From NCBI GenBank assembly GCA_015680685.1, contig MNCI01001817.1, positions 842,828 to 906,827 of the forward strand: a stretch of DNA of 64,000 nucleotides, given 5' to 3'. The stretch is from Gnetum montanum (Eukaryota > Plantae > Gnetophyta). The notes below the pieces were generated by a model. It ran no database searches. It had not been told where the DNA came from and saw nothing but the letters and a program-made list of their open reading frames with translations. Below, one piece after another: positions 12,007 through 23,759 of this stretch (its first letter is position 1; every line of letters begins with the position of its first letter). The position numbers and the translations under genes are program-made.

Positions 12007-15000
12007 AGGGCTCATTGTAACACTTGATTCATCAAGGAATAAAAATTCAGTTTCTCTACTTTTCTTAATAACTAAATGGTATCAGAGCTTTTTCTAAGCA
12101 ATTCTATCCTCAACCATTTGGTCCTCTCCTATTCAACTCTCTTCCGTTCATCTCACTCTCTTCTCCTTCAGTGATGGTGAATTTTTCCTTCTCACCAACG
12201 GCATCAGACCCGTGCTCATCACCAGGGATGTGAAATTTTCTTTCCCTCTCTCTTCCAACAAAAGTAGACGTTGGCTCTCATTCTCCCATCACAACGGTTC
12301 GTTTCTCTCCTTGTTCTATCCCTTTCCATCCTCATGGCTACATCCAAAACAGTGTCAAATGTCACCTCCGCTCCTAATAGCAACCCGATTCTGAGCACTA
12401 ATGATGGTTCAGAAAATTTTGCTATCCTCATCACAAGTCACAAGCTGAATGGACATAATTATCTTCAATGGTCCCATTTAGTTATGATGTTCATGTGTGG
12501 GAAGGGCAAAGATGACTATCTCACTAGAGTAGCTACTCAACCAATAAAGAAAGATCCAAAGTACCGAGGTTGGAAGGCTGAAAATAACATGGTTATGTCT
12601 TGGTTGATCAACTCAATGACAAATGACATCGGAGAAGATTTCATGCTCTATGAAACGGCCCAAGAGATTTGGGAGGCTGCAAGAGAAACCTACTCCAATA
12701 AAGAAGACACCGTGGAGTAATTTGAGATAGAAGGGATTTTTCATGACTTATGCCAAGGAGACTTGTCTGTCACTCAATATTTCAATCGATTAAATTGATA
12801 TTGGCAACAATTAGATCTATTTGAGACCACAAAATGGGACTGTCCAAATGATGCCAACAAGTATAAAAAGATCGTTAAAAAGAAACGAATCTACAAGTTT
12901 CTTCTAGGTTTAAACAAAAACCTAGATGAAGTTTGTGGGCATGTTTTAGCAATCAAACCACTACCAAGTCTCCATGAGGTTGCCTCTAAAGTACCACAAG
13001 AAGGAAGCAGGAAGAAAGTTATGCTCCATCAAACCATCCAACCAACGAAAGTTTGGCTTTAGTTGCACAAGGTTCCAATTCCCAGACAAAGAAAGGCCAA
13101 CCTTGGTGTAATCACTGTTGAAAGCTTGGTCATACTAGAGAAACCTGCTAGCAAATCCACGGGAAACCTACTAATTGGAAGCCATCACGCTCCCGATCTG
13201 AGAAAAAAAGCAAGGGTAATAGTTNCCGGCGAGCCTGGCTTTGGCCGCCTCCGTCATGAGGTCTTGGAAACGAGCCCGCTCTTGCTCCCTGGCCTGGAAC
13301 TGGGCCTCCAGTTCGTTGCGGGCCTGGGCGAGGGCCTCCGCCCACTTTGCCTCCCACTCNTGGTGTAATCACTGTTGAAAGCTTGGTCATACTAGAGAAA
13401 CCTGCTAGCAAATCCACGGGAAACCTACTAATTGGAAGCCATCACGCTCCCGATCTGAGAAAAAAAGCAAGGGTAATAGTGCAACAACAGAAGAAAGACC
13501 TTCCTCTCCTTCGAAATCATCAGGACACCCTTTCAGTAAGGCACAAATGGAAGTAGTGCAGAAGTTGTTCACTCAGGAAATGCCCAGCACTTCTAATCCA
13601 ATCATAGGGATTGGTTTGGTGGCTTAAAAAGGTAACTTTCTCACTACTCTAAAAGTTCAAAAGGATGATAAGTTAAGCACTTGGATTGTTGACTCCGGAG
13701 CATCAAATCACGACTAGAGATTCTACAATTCTTCAAGACTACACAACATGCACTAAGAACCATACTGTTCATATTGCCGATGGTTCTTTATCTAAGGTAT
13801 TTGGTACAAGTTCTATTGTATTACCTAGGGGGTTAACCCTCAAATCTGTTCTCCTTGTCCCTAAGATTCTACAATTTTTCAAGACTACACACCATGCACT
13901 AAGAACCATATTGTTCATATTGCCGATGGTTCTCTATCTAAGGTATCTGGTATAGGTTCTATTGTATTACCTAGGGGGTTAACCCTCAAATCTGTTCTCC
14001 TTGTCCCTAACTTGACTTGCAATTTGTTATCCATTAGTAAACTCACTTAGGATACAAATTGTGTTGCTAAATTTCTTCCCAATCATTGTGTTTTTCAGGA
14101 TTTGACTTCGAGACAAATGATTGGCAGTGTTGAGGTGTGTGCGGGACTCTATATCTTCAAAGAAGGCAACCAACTTGAGAGACAATCTCCACATACAATT
14201 AGTGAAAAACAATTTTTTTCTATATTTAAGTCAAATAAGGAAAATGAAATTTTACTATGGCATTATAGACTAGGTCATCCTAGTTTTTTGTATCTCAAAA
14301 GACTCTTTCCATCATTATTCAATAAAAATTCAGATGTTCTTCTTTGTGAAATTTGTCAACTTTCAAAACATGTTCATAACTCTTATCTAATACAACCATA
14401 CAAAGCATCTCATCCTTTTTCTATGGTTCATGGTGATGTTTGGGGTCCATCAAAAATAAAAAATGTGACAGGGGCTAGATGGTTTGTATCTTTTGTTGAT
14501 GATCATACAAGACTCACTTGGATATTTCTGATGAAAGAAAAATCTGAAGTCAGCCAAATCTTTAAGAATTTCATGAACATGATTCAAACACAATTTAAAA
14601 CAAAAATCCAAATCTTGAGGACCAACAATGCAAAAGAATATTTCAACTCTATACTTGGGGATTTTCTGTCTAAAGAGGGAATTGGCCATCAGAGTTCTTA
14701 TATCAATATCCCATAACAAAATGGAATAGCTGAAAGGAAAAATAGGCATTTATTGGAAATTGCCCAAACCTTCCTACTTTCCTCTCAAGTTCCAAATTTC
14801 TTTTGGGGAAAAGTTGTTCTTACTACTGCATATCTTATCAATTGAATGCCATCACAAGTTCTTAATTTCCATAATCCTTGTCAAGTCCTTCTGAAAGCTT
14901 TTCCAACAACCCAACTCATCTCATCAATCCCTCTCAAGGTATTTGGTTGTACGGTTTTTGTTCATATTCCCCAACAATTTCGTAGCAAACTTGATCCCAA

Positions 15001-16446
15001 GACCACCAAATGTGTCTTCCTAGGATATTCACAAATCAAAAGGGGTATAAGTGCTACTATCCCAATACAAAACGATTTTACCACTCAATGGATGTCACAT
15101 TCATGGAAACATAGCCTTATTATCCCAAAACCAACATTCAGGGGGAGAGTGAAAATCAAGAATATCTTTTTTGGGATCCAATACCAGGTCCTTCTTCTAT
15201 CAAGACACTCACTCAATCCAACCTGAGCCCAAATCTCAGTCCACTATCAAGTCCTCATGAGACTGTAAACAAAGAGCTCATTGTGTACTCAAGAAGGAAA
15301 CTAACTCAAAAGGATATGGAAGAACAATTCAACCTTAGCACTGTTCATGAAAATGTGCTGGATTCAATCCAAAATAACTCACATCCAGGTAACACTAATT
15401 CATTTCCTAATTTTAATGAACTTTTGGATTTACCAATTGCTTTAAGGAAAGGGGTAAGGTCATGTACAAAACACCCAATACAGAACTTTGTTTCTTACAA
15501 TAAGTTGTCACTTGGATATCATGCATTTACTACGAGTGTTACAGATATTTAGATTCCCGGTAATATGCAAGAGGCTCTTCAAAGACCAAAATGGAAATCA
15601 GCGGTGGATGATGAAATCAATGCTCTAATGAAGAATGGAACATGGGATTTAGTCGAGCTACCAGAAGGGAAAAATACTGTTGGATGTAAATGGATCTTCA
15701 CAATTAAATACAAGGAAGATGGAAGTATTAACAGATATAAAGCTCACCTTCTAGCCAAGGGCTTTACACAATCTTATGAAATTGATTACCAGGAAACTTT
15801 CACACCAGTTGCCAAACTAATACCATCCAAGTCCTTCTATCCCTTGCAGCTAATCTTGATTGGCCTCTACACCAATTGGACGTCAAAAATGCATTCTTGA
15901 ATGGAGATCTTGAAGAGGAAGTTTACATGGACATTCCACCAGGTATCAAGTCTGTAGAAAATGTCAACAAAGTATGCAAACTAAAGAAATCTCTTTATGG
16001 TCTTAAACAGCCTCCACGTGCATAGTTTGATCAATTTGCAAAGACTATAAAGAGACAGCTATTCACAATGCCAAACGGATCATACTATGTTTGTCAAGCA
16101 ATCTTTTGAAGGTAGAACATTCATCATTATTGTATATGTTGATGATATCATCCTGATTGGGAATGATGAAAGAGAAATAGCCACCTTGAAGAACTTCCTT
16201 GCTCAAGAATTTGAGATAAAGGACTTGGGAAATCTCAGATATTTCCTTGGAATGGAAATAGGAAGATCAAAAATGGGAATTTCAATCTCACAACATAAAT
16301 ATGTTCTAGACTTACTCAAGGAAACTGGAATGCTTAGTTGTAAACCGACTAACACTCCAATAGACAGCAAGTCATATTTAGATGAAAAAAGTCCACTAGT
16401 GGACACGGGGAGGTATCAAAGGCTTGTTGGAAAACCTCTTTATCTT
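12007..16446 (+). mobile_element. Ty1/copia element B (Ale-like), decayed, 3'-truncated in RT
   Basis: PBS TGGTATCAGAGC near 12077. Gag LNGHNYLQWS, protease WIVDSGASNH, GAG-pre-integrase LWHYRLGHPS, integrase, and RT IIIVYVDDII. Confidence 0.92.
13718..14009 (+). repeat. 146-bp tandem duplication inside the copia B protease region
   Basis: Two adjacent units (13718-13863 and 13864-14009) differing by a few substitutions, with no N between them. Confidence 0.85.
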
Positions 16447-18383
16447 CCAGGTTGCCTTGCTTAGACCTCTAGTGCAAATCACCCTGCTTGTTGGTTGGTT
16501 GTGACAGGAAGTCACTATGATGATGGGGGTTACTTCCACATATAAGCCAAAGTGTGATGGGTTTCAAAACAACTAGACAATCTAAGACATGATGGTGTAA
16601 GTGAGTTGGGGAGACATTCTTCCCCTGCTTGTGGGAGACAATAACCTCTCATATGCCCCTTTCTACAAAAGGTGGAGAGGGAATTTTACTACTTTCTGTG
16701 AAGTCCACATTGACCTCATAGAGTTGGCCATTGCAGGGTACCTAGGCTTGTTGATGATGGGCAAGGTGGTGTTGCCCACAGGACATGGCTTGCAAGATGC
16801 TACGAGCTTTTTTGATGGGCTAGTGCCACAAATGGGGAGTGGCTAGGTTCCCAGGTCTACCCTCCCATAGCTATGGCAAGATGCGGTGGAGCTAGTCGAG
16901 CACTTTTTTGTTCGGTCCAGAAATGTGTGGAAGCTATAAGATGCCCATTTCACTTTTCTTCACTACATGAAGTTGGGAAGACTAGTCAAATTGCCTAAGT
17001 TTTTCCTAGCTGCTCTTAGATAGGAGTGATGGAGTCGCCACTCTAGCCTTATCCTTGCCCTATGGTGGCCTATGCAACCATTACAGTGGCCATTGATCTT
17101 ACACGGCAATTTATGAACAATCAAGAATGACTTGGCATCCTCTTTCAACCTAGCAATGAAGGATGACAAGTGGGCACAACATGGACCAGTTAGGGTTCTA
17201 ACAGGCAAGGCTCTACGACGGACCAATAATCCAACCTCCAAGAGCAACTTCTACATGCTAAGGAGAAGACCCACTGAGAGCTACAATCGAAGTTTAATGC
17301 AGATCTTTCGAGGGCCACCACCGAGATTGAAGCCAAGGTTTGGATGAAGAAGCAAGCTAGATTGGAGGTCAAGCTGCTGAGGCATGAGTAGGGAAACCTA
17401 GCAAGGATGCAACAAGAGGAGTTGCAACACAAAGAAGCTGCTAAGGAGGAAAGGCGCCAAAGGGAGTTGAGGGATGCTACCCTCAGAAGTACGCTGGAAG
17501 AATAACTCAGCACATAAATCAATGAGGAACAAGAGTGCCTTAAGAGAGAGGAGGAGCGGCGGCGGCAATGGCATGCCCAAGCCTTGTTGGAGCAGCAACA
17601 GATAAGGATCAATCAAGAAGGCACCCACAATTCCAACACTAGATGATAGCTCCATATGAAAAGATGCCCATACATGATCATGGGTGTGAATCGTAATGCG
17701 GTGTGGGTTGCCCTATGCAGGTTCATTCACACGACTTCCAACAAGCTTCACCCTAACAAAGCTAGGAATCTAGGGGCTGAGGAGAAGTGACAGAGGGAAG
17801 AGCAATACAAAGATTTTCAGGAGGTTGCAACTTTTATGGCCTTTGAACACCACAGGGCTATTTTAGACACAGCCCACCTATAGAAAAGGCCATGCTGCTT
17901 GTATAGCAAGTTTCACCAACCCATATATGATGACAAAGTTCACAAGAATCCAAAAGGAGTGTCCAATGTGGTCCATTGGTTTTTTGGAATGGGGTTTTGA
18001 GAATGGGGGCCTTGAAAGCCTAGGTATCAAGTGTTCTTGTAGGCTTTCCCTATAGTGGGACATTGTTCCTTTCTTTTTGGTTTTCTATTGTCAAGAATTG
18101 TTCCCCCTCCCCCACCCTAAAGAGGAACATTGTTTATTTCTTTTTGGTTTTCTATTATCAGGAATTGTTCTCTCTCTCTCTCTCCTTCTCCTTCTCTGCC
18201 CGCAACCCNNNNNNAAAAAAACAAAAAGGTTTCTCAAGGGTATTCATCCCCATTCTACTTTTCTATAGGGTTTTCTTCCCCTATCAGTGGAGGTTTTCCT
18301 TCCCCCAACCCCCACCCTCCTTGTTTGTATTTGACTTGCTTTTGCAGCTGTGATATATTCCTGACCTTCTCTCAAAAAAAAAA
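16447..18383 (+). mobile_element. Poly(A) retroposon C: plant-transposon-protein-like region, coiled coil and J-domain-like segment; 5' end missing
   Basis: A-tail at 18374-18383 after a pyrimidine-rich 3'UTR. The frame of 17341 gives an E/Q/R coiled coil, then RCPYMIMGVNRNAVWVALCRFIHTTSNKLHPNK...EEQYKDFQEVATFMAFEHHRAILD. In-frame stops are consistent with C-to-T decay. No TSD found. Confidence 0.75.
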
Positions 18384-18699
18384 TACAGCAATCTTTACAT
18401 TTATTCACAATATCATTACCAATGATACAATATTTAGGGTTCAACAAGCAAGAAAAATTAGAAACTAGATTATACACATTAATAAACTTGTTCACATAGA
18501 CAACTGAACAACAAGCACAAGAATCTTACAAATCAATAGTTTACAAATTAAATTATCGAAACTCTTAACAAAAGAATTAAAAATATATATATCTAGCGTC
18601 AATCAATAAACCATAATGAATAATGTTAACAAATAATTTCAAAGCTTATTCTAATATTTAGTATATATATTATCCTATATATTCTAGCTATTAGTAAAA

Positions 18700-19287
18700 A
18701 AAAAAGGACATTCTCCAACTTCTTCAATTTGAATGAATAGTCTGACCATCATGGAGAGTGAGGGTGCATTCTCCAACTTCTTCAATTTGAATGAAGGCTC
18801 CATTTCCAACTCTTATGCTCCCAAAGTTCTCTCTCCTTAACTTGACAAACTTGGAAAAATCAAGTGCCACGTGGTTAAAGCAATCACTATCAAGGATTCA
18901 TGTGGATGATGATAGATCCTTACTACATATGAAAGCTAAATAGCTTGCTCCTCCTCCATCAACTTACTTGCCCTTATCAAGGGTTGATGTGCTAGAAATG
19001 AAAGCACAATCATCTTGTGCTTTTGAAGTACCTTCATTTAGGGATAGGCTTAGGAAGCCTACCTTGTACTAAATATTTTGCTCTTGTATTTGCCCTCCTT
19101 GAGATGCTACTCTTCCACCTCTCTGGAGGCTTCCTCTTCCTCTTTGGAAGCCTCTTTCTCTTCTACTTCCTGAGGAAGAGTTGTTTTGAGACTAATTTTC
19201 TTGGGATGGTGGCTGACTTTGGGACCTATTTTGTTCCATCTTCCTCTACCTCTTCTTTTGCCTCCTCTACCTCTTTGTTGTTCAAGT
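18700..19287 (-). mobile_element. Copia gag-end/protease fragment
   Basis: Minus translation gives an RG-rich gag tail and ST*ILDSDCFNHVA. Confidence 0.7.
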
Positions 19288-20580
19288 TGTCATGATATAG
19301 TATGGATGGGAGCTTATTTCTCATATCTCTCACATCTCATTTCTTATTTCGCATTTTACATTTTATGTTATATGTGTTTTAATCCATGCTGTAATACAAG
19401 GTATGGCTCTCACATGTAAAAATTTCCTTGGATGGAAAATTTCAGATGTAAGGCACAATAGTGCCATAACATGCCTAAAATGGCAAAATTTTAGTCAACC
19501 TTGCCTATTAATTGAGGTCTCCCATCATACCTTAACACAAGAGATGATGAGGACATTACCTAACCCTAAAGAATTAATCCTCATTTGTTTGGAGTGTTTG
19601 TTGTATCTTTTTGTATTTGCTATGTTTTCCATGCATTCAAGGATGTTCCAGATTGATGAGAGCTTGCATGAGATGTTGAGACCTCATATCAACAGTTGAA
19701 TGTTTTGGAGTGCTATCTAGAAAGATGTCTTCTTTCCCTATAAGATGTCTTATCTAGAGTAGTAGACATCTTCTCTAGTGGCAAGATGTCTACTGTGTCA
19801 ACCTAACTCTCAGGCAAGATGTCTACACTATGCACAAGATGTCTACTCTTTGTGCAAAATGCCTTCTCTACAATGGATCTCAACTTGGGCAAGATGTCTC
19901 GTTTACTTCCAAGATGTCTTCTTTAATGGGAACAATGGTCATAATTTTGTAATTTGGTAGCCAAGTCATCCGAAGACTATAAATGAGCATCAAAGGCCCT
20001 CCATTGGATGTCCATGAGCAAAAGACACAAGAGAGAGGATGTGTTCATGAGCAAGAGAGGTCCAAGAGTGTGAGATAAGAGAGGAAAGAGTGAGTAAAGC
20101 TCTTCTTAAGCATTCTTTGTAGGCTTAATTGCCATTAATGTGTGTGTGTGTTGTGATGGGATCTTGAGCCCTTGTCTGTCCTTGGGAACTTTGCTTCCAA
20201 CTTCTTTGTACTTCATTTCACGTGCTCAACCAAGAATAAAGAGTTGTGTTTCTTTCCTTGTTTTAAGTTGTGATAATTTTTGTAAGATTTGGCTTTAGAT
20301 TGAGTTGTTGAGGCTAGCATCCTCACCAAGAGGCTTCATTTTTTCTTTCATCGTTGTAAAGCTTCATCAAGCAAGGGTTTGAAGAAGAAGAAAAAGCAAG
20401 TTTCCCTTTTTTCATCTTTTTTTTGACAATCTCTCACAATCTTCACAATTTCTCACAATTAGCCATAGATCTCTCAATCCTTTCTCAATAATTCACAATC
20501 TCTCCTTTTCAATTCATAGTCATCAAAGATCAATTTTACATTTCATCACATTCAAGTAAGTTCAACATCAAGATTGCAAC
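19288..20580 (+). mobile_element. LTR of the copia A family, interrupted by a solo LTR (3' end approximate)
   Basis: Aligns with about 2089-2580 on both sides of the nested insertion. Confidence 0.8.
19545..20328 (+). mobile_element. Solo LTR nested in another LTR
   Basis: TGATGAGGA...TCCTCACCA termini. TSD AGAGA/AGAGG at 19540-19544 and 20329-20333. TATAAAT near 19978. Confidence 0.85.
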
Positions 20581-21951
20581 ACCCTAATCTTAGAGAGCAA
20601 GAGCTAACACCCAAAGCATCCAAAATGCTAGCTGAAGAATGCACAAATCAATAATTATTATTATTATTTGCCCAAAATATAAAACAATCAACAAAAATCC
20701 AATCTTACATTTAGACCAACACAAACAATAGTGAAGACATCATAAAAAGACTAAAGCATAAAGCAGAAAAATTATATAATGTAAACATCGACCAAAGGAT
20801 CTAGCAAGACGAGAATGTCAATATGACAATTTGACATCTCTTGATATACACAATGCAGCCAAAGTGTAATACCAATGTCAATCAAGTAAGCTTGAAATAT
20901 TATTGAAAGCCTTCTAGTTCATCTATAAGCAAATAAACTCAACAAATTCACCAAGTAGTTTTAAATTTGCACAGCAAACCATAATCAATCATATGGAAAG
21001 TGAGATATAGGAAAACTTATTGCAAATTGAAATATAGGTATAGCAGCTAAGAAGCTGTTTCCTTATCTATTCGCTATATTGTAACCAAGGGTACAACATT
21101 CATGGTTCAAACAGTGTACATTAATAATCTTGTTTAAATGAATAGTTGGCAGGTGAGCACTAGAATCATTTGAATAGTAATTCATAAATCAAATTATTAA
21201 GCCTTTTCAAAAAAGAAACAAGGAAGCCACAACCATCAACAGTCAACAAACCATCATGCACAAGCATAGGAAAATAAGCTGCCAACACACACTATGTTTA
21301 GCACATACAACATCACATATAGTATAGTTATTAGTAAAGATACACTATCAACTTTGTTGCCTTGGCTTTGCTTATAGTAATAAATAAATTCTAATTTTCT
21401 GATCAACAAACAAATGAGGTTTGTGCATAACTCTAGAATAAATTCTAATGCTTCTCACACATAATTTCAGATTCTTTAGTATCCTAACAAAATGAATAAT
21501 GTCCAGCTGGCACAAAACACCACATTCAAATTTTAGCTTAACCATTGCTGATTATTTGAACCAAAAAACAATCATAAAAAATGAATAGAAACCATAAAAA
21601 TAAATACAAAATTCCTTTGATACAAAGTGCAAATCTGCATTTTCTGATTTACGAATCAAGTTCTGATTTCTTCAAAACATAAAATATATCTGATGTTTTT
21701 CAACAACAAATTTACATTTGCCCAAACAGTTAGCCATAGAAAGCATATAAATCAGTAATATCAGACCTATTCAATGGCAAAATGATAATTTTTTATTTTT
21801 CCAACAACAATCACATTACAAAATCGTCTCGATTTAACTGCTCTAACCGGAAATTATATAGGTCGCACCACTAATATTTAATCAGGCTATCCTGAAATTA
21901 GAAATGCTGCCACACTTCCAGTTTAGCTTCAATCCATAAACAGAAATATAC

Positions 21952-22075
21952 AAAATTCATTTGCTACCATACCAAGCCAAAAAAAAAAGGCTACAAAATT
22001 CCTTTGCTACCATACCAAGCTAAAAATAGGCAATAAAATTCCTTTACTACCATAATAGGCTAAAGAAAGGCTTAA
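21952..22075. repeat. Minisatellite, about 40 bp x3
   Basis: AAAATTCCTTTGCTACCATACCAAGC-type unit repeated three times. Confidence 0.8.
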
Positions 22076-23759
22076 TCATTGCTAATATAATAATTCCCTG
22101 TACGTTCATTCATAAGGAAAATGAAACTATGCTTCTCAAGCATTTTTTACAACACAATCTTTGTCTCATTTTAACAAAAAATACATGGGAAATTTCTTAT
22201 ATCATATTCATTTGATTTCCAAGAATCTACAACTAATATTTCAGCAAAATTATATCATGAAAATTTATTGCTAAAAAAACATTTAAATTAATTTTTTGTT
22301 TATTAGCCCCTCTTCCTAGCTATCCAATGCTACTTCTTCATTGATGTACCAATGCAATCTTTTTCTTTCTATGATATTGTTGCTATCATTATTATTTTAG
22401 TTTACCTTTGTATTGCTGAAGATGTGATCCTAGTGTTGTTGTTGCTACAATCCTCTTTTCTCCTTTTCCCTCCCTTGCACTCTCTCCCTCCTTGCCATTT
22501 TTATTCACTTAGTTTTAGTTTCGGTTTCTTTATTGCAACTTTCTTTGGCAGTTATGTTCTTTTATTGGCAACTGCATATTTTTAAACAGATCCAAAATCA
22601 GGTCTCAAGTTCAAACTTCCTTAAAGCCATCCTAAAAAAAATTGAAAAGAATATCTGACCCTTCCAACTAAGAAAACTTTGGTTCAATTCCTGTCAAGCC
22701 GATAAAATATACACCTCTAATCTCTCTTTCTCCCTCTTTTAACTAAGCAAGCATACTCACCTTTATCCAATAGAATTCTATCATAAAATTAAAACCATAT
22801 TGTACAATAGATGACAGTTCCATGAGGAAGAGAAAAGCGTAAAATCAAAATATCAAACCAAGGAAATATGTTTTCCTTCAAGCACTTAGTGTTGCAACTA
22901 GTGTTGTGCATTGTCTTATGAGCATTGAAGGTCATCATGCAACCTTTCTAAAGCTATTGAGAGAGGATTTTATTTTTTATTTAATTAATTTTATTTCTCC
23001 AAAAGATCATTTAAGTAATGCAATTATCCCTAGTTCACAGGTCAGGTTCCTCTATTTTTTTTAACACATCACAAAACCATAAATAGCAATAGATCATACT
23101 TGTCATTAGCTTTTTCTTTTCTTTCCAAATTTGATTGCTCAATATTTAACATCCATACAACTACACCTAGAGATAATGGATGCCAAACTTATATGAACAT
23201 ACAACAAACATGTACATGAGATATCCACAATGTTGTATATAAATACAACATATAAAAGAACATTCTAACCAATTTAAGTAATCATTCTGATCCACATAGG
23301 CCATGCAACACATGAATAATCAAAACATAGTAGCAATCTCACAAACAATACAAAATTCCATCTCCATCTCTTCTCAACATTCATCTATTTCATTCTACTG
23401 CTAGATGTTGAATCAACAACCCCTACATAGTTTAGTTAATGCATCCATAGTAGTACACATCAACATATCAGCACAACTCATATTTAATCATAACAAAACA
23501 TCATAGGTCATTCAACAGACAAGTCATCACCATATTAACAATACTTGAATCCATCACAACTATACAATCATAGATAAATCAACAATTCAGCATCAAATTG
23601 TACAAATCATCAAGCTCATCAATAATAGTTAAATCCATCAACACAAGCACAACAATAGCACTTAAACCCATCAACACAAGTACATCAACAACACTTAATT
23701 CTATCATCATCATCAAAATCATAAATAGATCCATAAATCAGCACCAAACTATATACATC

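Noticed and set aside
17640-18000. Functional host DnaJ gene
   Set aside because: Multiple in-frame stops, no introns, an A-tail, and fusion to TE-like sequence within an intron. Treated as TE cargo.
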